Of a DNA stretch of 64,000 bases, positions 18,376 to 27,085 are shown piece by piece (within the stretch, counting starts at the first letter, position 1; each line of letters starts with the position of its first letter). The position numbers and the translations under genes are program-made. The stretch comes from Trueperaceae bacterium (lineage in GTDB: Bacteria > Deinococcota > Deinococci > Deinococcales > Trueperaceae): NCBI GenBank assembly GCA_965215565.1, contig CBDCDZ010000004.1:256001-320000 (forward strand). The letters are read 5' to 3'. Under the pieces are notes generated by a model. It was not told where the DNA came from. It saw only the letters and a list, made by a program, of their open reading frames with translations, and searched no databases.

Positions 18376-18799
18376 CTCCTGTGGCGGTTTGAACAGAGGT
18401 GTAATACCCTTTCCGGTTAAACACGCTACAAAGTAGTGTGTTTAATCCCGAACAGAGTGAGTAGAAACAGCGACGGATTCCGGTGAGTAGCGGAAAAATG
18501 CGAATGCATTTTGTAGTGGATTCACCCGGAATCCGTATAAATCACGCTAACTTGAAATTGGCGAGTCATGGGAAAGAAATCACAAATGATATTGTTAGGT
18601 CTTATTTTAAGAGGATAGGCTAGCGGGGTAGTCGTGTGAAGTTTGAAGAGGTAGAGTTGTATAAGCTGAGGTGCAAACACAGGTTTCATAAGCGAAAGCG
18701 TCAGGAAGATTAAAGAAGGGGAGATGTAAGCGGAAAGCTCACATCTTAAAGTCCCCGAAAGACGCTCAGATTAGCTCTGAGCACCTAAAATGTGTCGGA

Positions 18800-19924
18800 T
18801 TACGCTTTGCTTGCTATACGGTGCAATACTCGCGCTACCCAGTGTCTAAACGGCGTGCTTAGCGCCATCAAGGTAACAAGAGGTAGTATTGGCGCTACGC
18901 CCAGGTTCAGAAAGAGCGGTGAATTAGCCGCTACGAGTTCGCCTGGAATTGTGGCGAGTCTGTACGAGCCGTCAATGAACTGCCGCGCTACAGCAGCCGA
19001 CGGTAAGCCCCGCAGACCCTCTAAGTAGATGATCTCCGACTCCCGCTCCAAGAGCGCGAACATCGCGCCTTCCACGAAGATGCCGAAAAAAACTAGACCG
19101 CCAAGCTCGAGCTGCGCACCTGCCAAGATGAGGGCTAACCCTGCAAATTGAACTGTAAGCAACGCGCGCAAGCTCAAAGGTTTGCGGTAAAAGCAGGTCA
19201 CGATAACGCCAACGAGCGCCGCGAATTGCCGGAGCCCTTTGACCCGCCCCGCGTCGGTGCGTTCCCCAAGCAGCAGTTCTGACAGGGGGAATAGGGCAAT
19301 TTCCACCAGACCGTAGCAGGTCTGAATCGCGACGAAGACGATCACCCCCTTACCAAACGCACTCGGCGGATGGGTTGCGCTAGGGGGCGCTTCTTCGACC
19401 TCTTCTTCCGCCTCGAGAACTTTCTCCAAGCGATATGTTACGTACGCTGAAAAGATCAGCAGTACGATAGCCATACCGAAGGCGAAGCGCCAGCGGTTCG
19501 CTTCAACGAGAAACTCTGCCACTGGACTGAGGGCGGCGTTGGCGAGATAGAACCCGCCACCTGTGATGATAGTGGCGTTACGGGCTCCTAAAACCCTATC
19601 TACAAAACCTAAGTTAGCTGGAATGAGGAAAATCCTCGTGATTCCAACCAATAGGTAACCTGCTGGAAGGAGCGTCCGGTTCATCATCATGACGAGCGCT
19701 ACAACGCATATCATCGCCCCGTAGAGCAAGATGCGCTCGTCGGGAATACGGCGGATGTAGTAGCGCAGGAAGACAGATGCGGCTGCCACAATGTATGTGA
19801 CGGTCCGCAAATTCGCTAGGAGGGTTAGCTGGTCTGACAGCAGAAGGTCTGTTGTGACCCAACTCAGTGTTCCCCAAGCGAAAAAGAACAGAACCGTTAG
19901 AACGGTCAAGGTTTTTTTGTTCAC
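18800..19924 (-). CDS. divergent MFS-like multi-pass membrane protein
   Basis: 374 aa with about 11-12 hydrophobic helices in two halves joined by an acidic loop; WRFAF motif at the position of the MFS GWR motif. Confidence 0.7.
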   Translation of the reverse strand: MNKKTLTVLTVLFFFAWGTLSWVTTDLLLSDQLTLLANLRTVTYIVAAASVFLRYYIRRIPDERILLYGAMICVVALVMMMNRTLLPAGYLLVGITRIFLIPANLGFVDRVLGARNATIITGGGFYLANAALSPVAEFLVEANRWRFAFGMAIVLLIFSAYVTYRLEKVLEAEEEVEEAPPSATHPPSAFGKGVIVFVAIQTCYGLVEIALFPLSELLLGERTDAGRVKGLRQFAALVGVIVTCFYRKPLSLRALLTVQFAGLALILAGAQLELGGLVFFGIFVEGAMFALLERESEIIYLEGLRGLPSAAVARQFIDGSYRLATIPGELVAANSPLFLNLGVAPILPLVTLMALSTPFRHWVARVLHRIASKA

Positions 19925-20578
19925 TTTTTTCTTTGTAAATTTTCAATGTGCACGGTTGCTGAGCAACCTGGCGCAGTGCGCCATCATGAGTTGCCAAAGC
20001 AACCCGACACGAAAGACAGTGTTACATATCAACTGGCACGGCGTGAGGCTAACGGTTTTGACCTGTCGCGACGCTTAGATGGTTGTACGCATCCCATTTG
20101 CCACGCTTGCTGATACGTGCGTGAAATTTAGATAGTGGCTCTACTTGAAATGAAACTAATGTCAAAACAAGGTGTTCAACCCCCTGTTCATCACGTGGAG
20201 ACGGCAGAGAGAGCACGCGGCGGCATTCGTCTTAGAACCGCCACCAAAATTTGCTAGGAAACTAACGCCTTTTTTCTTGCCGCAATGGAGGGTGTTGGGT
20301 ACTTCTTCGGTGAAGATGAGAGTGCGTTATACATATATTCATTCTAATTATGAGGACTTGAAACGTAATGACGCGCTGTAGTGAATGGACTTTTTAGTAT
20401 GGAACAGAGCGGCCACAATTTTGAGAATAAGCGTTCAGAACAGCGTTTCTCGTGCTACGTAGACGACTTAAATAGTCCGACTTTGGACTACGTAGCCCAT
20501 TACGTACGCGGTTTTGCGGATGTGGAAAACTTAACAAACCTTCATAATCGTCCTACAACCACTCAAAGGGAGGACATC

Positions 20579-21229
20579 ATGAGTCGTTTTCTTAATCCGT
20601 GCACGAATACCAGCGCAGAGCCTAGGCAACCCGCCTGGCAACGTTACGAAGATTTCGAGGAAAGGTTGCCCAACCACGTGTTGGCGCAACGTGTAGCGGC
20701 TGCGGCCGGCGTCAGCACGCAAAGTGTGATCCGCGCGGCGCGGCGGCGCTACCGCAGCGAAGGCAAACGTGACCGCAGGCGCTTAGACGGTTGCCCCTAC
20801 ACGTTCGTGAGTCTGTCTCTCTGGGATGATTATATGCAAGTCGGTCACATCTTCCGCGTGCCTGAGCGCCCTGCCGGTTGGCTCACCGTCAAAGCGGTGA
20901 TCGCCCAAGGAATCGGCAAGCGCCGCGTTTACGAACTCATTCATAGCGGCGACTTAGAAGCTGTGTACGTGGGCAACACCATGTTCGTCGAGCCCGACTC
21001 AGTCACGCACTACCTGCGCGAACAGCGTGAGTATAAGCCGTGTGCGGGCTGGGTGCTCGTAAGCGAGGTGTACGAGAAAGCGGGCACTTCGAAGCAAGCG
21101 CTGTCGAACTACCTCAAGCGTCACGGCGTCCAGACGCGCCGCTTCAAGCACCCGGTAAGAGACCAGCATGTCGCTTACATGCCCGCCGAGGATGCCGAGC
21201 GCTACCTCGCCATCCCGAGAGACCGCTGA
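20579..21229 (+). CDS. DNA-binding protein with tandem HTH domains including an excisionase-like (HTH_17) domain
   Basis: GGGAGG RBS before ATG 20579; WLTVKAVIAQGIGKRRVYELIHSGDLEAVYVG..V...SV..YL; further HTH-like segments at both ends. Confidence 0.7.
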   Translation: MSRFLNPCTNTSAEPRQPAWQRYEDFEERLPNHVLAQRVAAAAGVSTQSVIRAARRRYRSEGKRDRRRLDGCPYTFVSLSLWDDYMQVGHIFRVPERPAGWLTVKAVIAQGIGKRRVYELIHSGDLEAVYVGNTMFVEPDSVTHYLREQREYKPCAGWVLVSEVYEKAGTSKQALSNYLKRHGVQTRRFKHPVRDQHVAYMPAEDAERYLAIPRDR

Positions 21230-22104
21230 TGCGCCCCTTACGTGGTGCTGCTTGCGTTATGGTGGCGCTACTCGTCGGGGGCGCGTTCGCGCAGAACTTC
21301 ACGCTGCGCTACCTCGATCTAAGCGACCTCTTCCACACACCTGCCACGCTCACGCTTTCGCCTGACTATCAAACCACGCTCCAGTTCGAAGGGTTAGCTG
21401 TCGAGCAGGTGAGCACGGGGCGCGCGGACCTGCTCACCGCCGAGGTCTCAGGGAGCACGATCCGGTTGCGGGCGAACGCGAGCGTCATCAACACCGACCT
21501 CACGGTTATCGCGGGGGGACGCACCGCCCTCTTCACCCTCCGGGCTGATCCTACCTCGGACGCTCCGCGCCACTACCTCGTCCGCGACTTGCCACCCGCG
21601 CCTCGAGGACCACCCCAAGCATCAATTCAAGAATCAACCAGGTCATCTACTGATACATCTGAACGTGGAGGGAGCACCGGAGGTGGCGATAACCAGCTGC
21701 AGGAAAGCCGCGCCGACTTGAGCGGGTCCGCGCGCAGCGTCGTGTCGCTGCCCGGCACGGATTTTCAAGCCTCGGCGTACCGCAACGGGGACGAAGTCGT
21801 GATCCAGTACGTGCTCAGCAACGTAGGAGACGATCCGCTCCACGTTGATCCGCAACGCCTCAAGCTTCACTACGGCGACGCCGAGTTGCCCTACACCCTC
21901 TGGCGCGTGCCCGAGCGTAAAAGCGACATCCGCCTAGCGCCCGGCGCGTCCGAATATGGCACGCTCATTATCTCGGATCCCCCACAGGGCGCGGACCGCG
22001 TCCTGCTGCGCTGGGTGCTCTCGCGCATCGGCTCGTCGACGTTCGGCACGCTCGAGTGGAACCTCACCCTGCCCCCCGTGACAGAGGGGTTGACGCAGCC
22101 CTAG
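21229..22104 (+). CDS. secreted VirB9/TrbG/TraK-like conjugative core-complex protein
   Basis: TGATG overlap with the previous gene; signal peptide (AFA/Q); L.LSPDYQTTLQF...I.LRA...TDLTV..GGR...F.L pattern; linker and a second beta-rich domain. Confidence 0.55.
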   Translation: MRPLRGAACVMVALLVGGAFAQNFTLRYLDLSDLFHTPATLTLSPDYQTTLQFEGLAVEQVSTGRADLLTAEVSGSTIRLRANASVINTDLTVIAGGRTALFTLRADPTSDAPRHYLVRDLPPAPRGPPQASIQESTRSSTDTSERGGSTGGGDNQLQESRADLSGSARSVVSLPGTDFQASAYRNGDEVVIQYVLSNVGDDPLHVDPQRLKLHYGDAELPYTLWRVPERKSDIRLAPGASEYGTLIISDPPQGADRVLLRWVLSRIGSSTFGTLEWNLTLPPVTEGLTQP

Positions 22105-22112
22105 CGTTGGAC

Positions 22113-23591
22113 TTACTCGATCAGCCTCAGCCGCCGCGCTCTCGACGCGGCGGCTGTTCGCGTGGAGACGCCCAGCTTGCTGTAGACGTTGCTGAGGTGC
22201 GTGCTCACGGTGCGGTGTGAGATGTCCAACTGCTCGGCGACTTCTCGGTTGGAGAGCCCTTGCGCCACGAACTTTAAGACGTCTAGCTCGCGCTCGGTCA
22301 GCGCTTCGGCGAGGAAGAGGTCCGGCTCGTCCGCGCCGATGTTCGTGCCTATATTCGCGTCTACGTCATCTGACGTAAACGGCGAAGGCGCGCCAGAGAC
22401 GACGTTTTGCCCATACGTAGTGCCTTCTGAAGCTTGGGGCGCGCTCTCGCGTGCGGCTCCGCCGGGCGCTTCATCTGAGGTCTCAGGGTTGTCTTCGGGC
22501 TGCGGCGGTTCGGAGGTGGAGGCGAGGTAGTCCTTATAGGCACGCTCTAACTGCGGGCGTTCCCCTGTGGCGTCCACCTCGAGCCGTAAAAAGGACCGGA
22601 TGACGTGGAGTAGACGGTAGCACCCTGTCCCTAGAGGCTCGATGAGGTGGGCGCTGAGGAGCCCCTCGAGGATGAGCGTCAGGGTGTCCGGCTGGTCCAC
22701 TAAGTCCGGCGCGGCGCGCTCCAAAAGGGACGCGAGCGCCGAGTGTTCAAACGGACCCTCCAGCAAACTCGCCACCTTGAGTACGCCCTGCTCTCCGGCG
22801 CTGAGGCGCACGTAGCTCCAGCGTACCGCCTCGAACAGGCTGCGGTGGTGCGCGTCTTTGGCGTTCATCGTCCACAAATTGAGATAGGCGGGGTACTCGA
22901 GTTCTTGTAAGAGCGCCTGGGGCGACGCACGTTTAAGCTGCCGCGCCGCCGCGACGATAGCTAGAGGCAGTCCGTCGAGCCGGTGGCATAGCTGCGCGAT
23001 GGTCTGAGCGGTTTCGCCGCGCAGCGCGGCGGGCGCGAGGTTGGCGCTGCGGGCGAAGAGGGCTACCCCTTCGTTATAGCTGAGCGTTTCATTCTGGCTC
23101 AGATCGGGTAGCGGAAGGGCTGAGACCGTGAAGAGGTGTTCGTCCGCGAACCCGAGCGGGCGGCGGCTCGTCACCAAGATGGTGAGGTTCGGGCAGGCGT
23201 CGAGGAGAAAGCGCACACTGGGCGCGGCGGGTAAGAGGTGCTCGAACGTGTCCAACACGAGCAGCATCGCCCTGTTACGCAAATAGGCTCTTAGCGACTC
23301 CTTGATGGACCAGAGCGTCCGCTCCGAGTCAGGCAAGTCGAGCGCCTCCGCGACGGCGGCTAAAAAGACCACCCAGTTTTCAAGCTCTGCTAGCTCGGCG
23401 GTGACTGCGCCGTCAGGCAGCGTGTGGCGGACCGTGGACGCCACGGCGGACGCCAGCCACGTTTTGCCGACGCCCGGCGCGCCCGTAAGCGTGACGAGCT
23501 GGACGTCAGCGCTGAGGACGAGCCGCACACAGGCGCGCACCTCGTCAGCAGAGCGTTCTGTGATTCCCTCTGAGCGCGTATGCAACATCAT
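22113..23591 (-). CDS. STAND/NB-ARC ATPase-LuxR HTH transcriptional regulator
   Basis: Walker A GAPGVGKT, LLVLDTFEHL, LVTSR and LDGLPLAI motifs; C-terminal LTERELDVL..VAQGLSNREVA..L.IS.RTV..HLSNVYSKLGV. Confidence 0.9.
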   Translation of the reverse strand: MMLHTRSEGITERSADEVRACVRLVLSADVQLVTLTGAPGVGKTWLASAVASTVRHTLPDGAVTAELAELENWVVFLAAVAEALDLPDSERTLWSIKESLRAYLRNRAMLLVLDTFEHLLPAAPSVRFLLDACPNLTILVTSRRPLGFADEHLFTVSALPLPDLSQNETLSYNEGVALFARSANLAPAALRGETAQTIAQLCHRLDGLPLAIVAAARQLKRASPQALLQELEYPAYLNLWTMNAKDAHHRSLFEAVRWSYVRLSAGEQGVLKVASLLEGPFEHSALASLLERAAPDLVDQPDTLTLILEGLLSAHLIEPLGTGCYRLLHVIRSFLRLEVDATGERPQLERAYKDYLASTSEPPQPEDNPETSDEAPGGAARESAPQASEGTTYGQNVVSGAPSPFTSDDVDANIGTNIGADEPDLFLAEALTERELDVLKFVAQGLSNREVAEQLDISHRTVSTHLSNVYSKLGVSTRTAAASRARRLRLIE

Positions 23592-23650
23592 GATTATCCT
23601 ATCTTATTGTAATTGTAACTTCTCTTAGGCGCTGAGCACAGTATATCTCG

Positions 23651-23836
23651 TAGCAGGTATCATCTGGTTTGAAACACTCTCGCTTTTTAGAACATTGTTT
23701 CGCTCTGCGAAAACTGCGTAAGCAGCACGCACATTTTGAGATGAAATCCCGCAACGGCAGGGCGGCCTGCCCGTAACGCTAGTCCTTGCGGACAGAGATC
23801 TGCGCCCCTTTGTCTCAGTATGTTTTGGAAATGCTA
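23651..23836 (+). mobile_element. MITE-like repeat copy
   Basis: TAGCAGGTATCATCTGG...GTATGTTTTGGAAATGCTA. Confidence 0.85.
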
Positions 23837-24049
23837 TCGGTATACGCAATACGAATTCCGGTTGATTCGCTAGCACAGCGAATCAAGCCGAGCGAAATCT
23901 TCAGCTGCTCAGGTGCAGGTCTTGCCGGAGACGCAGGAGCGTCCGGTCCCTGGACCTCTCGCTCGAGGGTTCGTCCTTAGGTGCGCTTGTCAGTTATGAC
24001 CGCACCGTCTTCCGAGGTAGACTTTTGTATATGGACGTAACGAACAGAT

Positions 24050-24514
24050 ATGGCTGAACCCATAGAGACGGCTGAGCGCTCGGTCTGCGGGGGCTGCCCC
24101 TTCCGCGTGAGCAACCACGGCAAGCGCGCGCCCAAGGGGTGGTACAGCCGGGCTAACTTGCTGCGCTTGTGGCGAGGGGTCAGCGAGGGGGAACGGCTCG
24201 TCTGCGCCGAACTTCGGGCGGCGCAAGGCGGAGGGGCTAAGCGCGAATGCGCCGGGGCGCTCTATCTGGTGCTGCGCCACCTCGAGGCGGCTGAGCACGG
24301 GACGCTGCACCGCGCCGCGATTCCCCTAAGCACCGCCGGGCTAGCCCGCTGGCGCAGCAGGCTCGCGCCGACTCCTCTAGGGCGGCGCAGTGAAGCTGCC
24401 GCGCCGCCTTTCTACCTCTCCTCGTCCAGGGAATTGGGTGTTCCCTGGGACTGCCCCGTCACGAACGCCTCGGGTGACTTGGGGGATGAACTAGAGAATG
24501 AGGCGTTTAATTAG
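24050..24514 (+). CDS. small Cys-rich protein, DUF6283-like
   Basis: CGGCPFR...VC...ECAGA metal-binding pattern. Confidence 0.55.
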   Translation: MAEPIETAERSVCGGCPFRVSNHGKRAPKGWYSRANLLRLWRGVSEGERLVCAELRAAQGGGAKRECAGALYLVLRHLEAAEHGTLHRAAIPLSTAGLARWRSRLAPTPLGRRSEAAAPPFYLSSSRELGVPWDCPVTNASGDLGDELENEAFN

Positions 24515-24598
24515 GTGTTGGCTTTCCAAACTGTCCTCTATCTAATGTGAGACCGCTTAACTGCATCTGAGCGGCGGCGTACCGCTAAACTCGAGTCG

Positions 24599-25912
24599 AT
24601 GGACCATGATGATACCCTCGGCGAAAGACGGCGGCGCGGCGTCCCCTGGCAGGAGAAGGCGGACGGTTATCAGGCGTATCAGCCAGCACCTGCGTCCTCT
24701 GCCGAGGAAGACGAAGAGCATATTAGGGATGAACAAGGTGCAGTAACGCCTAACGGGATTCCAAGCGCGCAGGGGCGCGTTCAGCGTCCGACGGGACCCG
24801 TTGCGGCTACGGGTGCGACACCTTCCACATCAACCGCTACCGCCAAAGGAACGCAGGGCGAGCCAAAGGTGCCGCGCAAAGGTCAGAAAAGTCCCCAGGA
24901 GACGAAGGCGATGTTGGCGCGTCTCAACCGCGAGGCTAGGGGCGTAGAGGACACCAAGCGGAGCGCGCGTCAGACAGAAGCTGCCCTGAAACGCAGGCGC
25001 GACGCGGCTGTAGCGGCTCAAAAAGGAAAGGCAACTGGTAACGCGCCCGCCCGTGTCACCCAGCGCCGCGCCGACGGGCGTGAGCGCGAGGTGCAGATGC
25101 GGCGCATCCGTCAGGACCGCAAGCGCAGCTTCTTCTCTCGGCTCGTCGAGCGGCTGCGCCACAAAAAGGTGGAGGAGGACGAGCAGCAATTAGGGGTGCT
25201 GGACCGGCTGCAGCGCGCACGTCTAGCGCGGCAACAGCGCCGCGAGCAAGCCGAGCTTGCCGCCGCTTACCGCGCGCGTTTCGAGAAGCTCGAGCGGACG
25301 CGCAACGCGCAGCGTCAGAAGGAGGGCGGGCGCGGCGAGCCGAAGGGCGTGCGCGAACGCAGCACGAAACGCGACGCCCAAGATATCGAGGCGCGCCTGC
25401 GCGACCGCGCCGAAAAGAAGTACCGCGAAGAGCGCGAGCGGCTACTCAAGCGCTACCGCGAGGAGCGCAGGCGTTTGAGCGCGCGCTACCGCGCCCACGC
25501 GGGCCGAACTGCTCAGGGAGGCGGACGTGCGCAGCCGCGTATACAACGGTTTCTAAAAACCCTGCGCCAGCGCCGCCTCATACGCTACCGACAGGTGCGC
25601 CGAGTCCGGCGTCTCAGGCGGGTCCGGCGAACGCGGCTGAGGATAGAGCGCGACCGGCTCGAGCGTAACCGCGAGTTGAGGCAGCGCGAGCAACTCCGGC
25701 GCGAGCAGGTCCAGCGCGAGCAAGCAAAGCCTGATCCGAGACGAGAACCACGTCACCGAGACCAAGAGCGGCGTGAGAGGACACGTCTCAACGCTGAACG
25801 TGCCGAGCGCCAACGCCGCGAGCGGCGCGTTCGTCAAGATAGGGAGCGGGAGCGCCGCGTGAGAGACCGCGAGCGGGAGCGGCGAAGTCGGGCGCGGCGC
25901 GAGCGCCGCTAG
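24599..25912 (+). CDS. extremely Arg/Glu-rich coiled-coil hypothetical protein
   Basis: 437-aa ORF; TAAACT -10 box 7 nt before the ATG; RER/RDR-rich C-terminus. Confidence 0.65.
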   Translation: MDHDDTLGERRRRGVPWQEKADGYQAYQPAPASSAEEDEEHIRDEQGAVTPNGIPSAQGRVQRPTGPVAATGATPSTSTATAKGTQGEPKVPRKGQKSPQETKAMLARLNREARGVEDTKRSARQTEAALKRRRDAAVAAQKGKATGNAPARVTQRRADGREREVQMRRIRQDRKRSFFSRLVERLRHKKVEEDEQQLGVLDRLQRARLARQQRREQAELAAAYRARFEKLERTRNAQRQKEGGRGEPKGVRERSTKRDAQDIEARLRDRAEKKYREERERLLKRYREERRRLSARYRAHAGRTAQGGGRAQPRIQRFLKTLRQRRLIRYRQVRRVRRLRRVRRTRLRIERDRLERNRELRQREQLRREQVQREQAKPDPRREPRHRDQERRERTRLNAERAERQRRERRVRQDRERERRVRDRERERRSRARRERR

Positions 25913-25983
25913 AAGAGGGCGTGACCCTAGCGGATATCTCGGCGGATATCTCGAGGGTCAACGAACACCGCTCGAGCATGGCT

Positions 25984-26676
25984 TTACTCTCCCTCGTCGC
26001 TAGGGCGGTGAAAGAGCGTGAGCGAACCTCCGGTCTGATCCTCGGGTGTAACTTGGAACGGCTGCGCAGCGCCGTTCGAAAAGAGGAGCGAGCTTTCGGC
26101 GGGCTGCGCCCCCTGCACGGTGTCTCTTTGGTAGAGCGTGAGCGATTGAGGCAGCCCTGTCTGTTCTGGCGCGCTTTCTGACGGGGCAGCTTCAGTGACG
26201 ACGGTCTGCGCGGGTGCGGTCTCGCCGCGCTGCCGCTTGAAGTCCTCGTAAAAAGCGATGACGGCGGGCACGTACGCTTGTGTTTCGTCGTAAGGGGGGA
26301 CGCCCCCATAGCGCTTGACCGCGTTCGGACCTGCGTTGTAGGCGGCTAGCGCGTGCTCTAAATTGCCAAAGGTGTCGAGCTGGGCGCGCAAATAGCGCGC
26401 CGCCCCCTCGAGGTTCTCGGCGGGTTGCCAGGGGTCCACGCCTAGCCCCTGCGCGGTCATCGGCATGAGCTGACCCAACCCGATAGCGCCAGCCGGCGAG
26501 ACGGCGTCGGCGCAGTAGCGCGACTCTTGCCAGACCAGCGAGGCGAGCAGCTCGGCTTCTAAACCGTGCCGCGCCGCCGCCGCCACGGTGTCCTCCCAAT
26601 GCTGGACCGTGATCTCGCCACACGCCAGGACCGAGTTTAAGGTGGCGAGGAGGAAGAGGGCACGTAAATAGGTCAT
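25984..26676 (-). CDS. lytic transglycosylase (SLT domain, VirB1-like)
   Basis: QES...AVSPAGAIGLGQLMP...ENLEGAARYL...ALAAYNAGP...YGGVPPY.ETQAYV; N-terminal signal/lipobox VLAC. Confidence 0.93.
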   Translation of the reverse strand: MTYLRALFLLATLNSVLACGEITVQHWEDTVAAAARHGLEAELLASLVWQESRYCADAVSPAGAIGLGQLMPMTAQGLGVDPWQPAENLEGAARYLRAQLDTFGNLEHALAAYNAGPNAVKRYGGVPPYDETQAYVPAVIAFYEDFKRQRGETAPAQTVVTEAAPSESAPEQTGLPQSLTLYQRDTVQGAQPAESSLLFSNGAAQPFQVTPEDQTGGSLTLFHRPSDEGE

Positions 26677-26755
26677 AAGTAGAGGGTCTTACGCAGAACT
26701 TTAGCTTTAGCGCTTTCTATTGTAACCCAGCCCCCCGCGTCTTGCGCACATTATA

Positions 26756-26932
26756 TAGCAGGTATCATCTGGTCAGCTTGGGCGAAGCCATGCGAAGCAA
26801 CGCTCTCACTAAGAAGAACATCGCCTAGCACGCACTTTCAGGGATGAAGTTCCGCTATTGCTGCGCAATGAGATCTGCGGAGAAGTGTTGCTTCGCATAG
26901 TTGCACTCAAGCAATGATAAGTGGAACTGCTA
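26756..26932 (+). mobile_element. MITE-like repeat copy
   Basis: TAGCAGGTATCATCTGG...GATAAGTGGAACTGCTA. Confidence 0.85.
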
Positions 26933-27085
26933 ATAAAACGCGAACCAAAACGCTTCGCGAGCTAGCGGAGCGCAGAGGTCAAGGCGCGCTTCGTCAAACG
27001 TGAGACAGTCACGGGTAACCGGGCTGTTTCATAGTGGAAAGACTTGGGCGCGCCTCGCGGGGTAGCCTAGAGTGAGGAGGACGAC

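Noticed and set aside
25930..25953. Short direct repeat of GCGGATATCTCG
   Set aside because: Two copies only, between convergent genes, with no further pattern.
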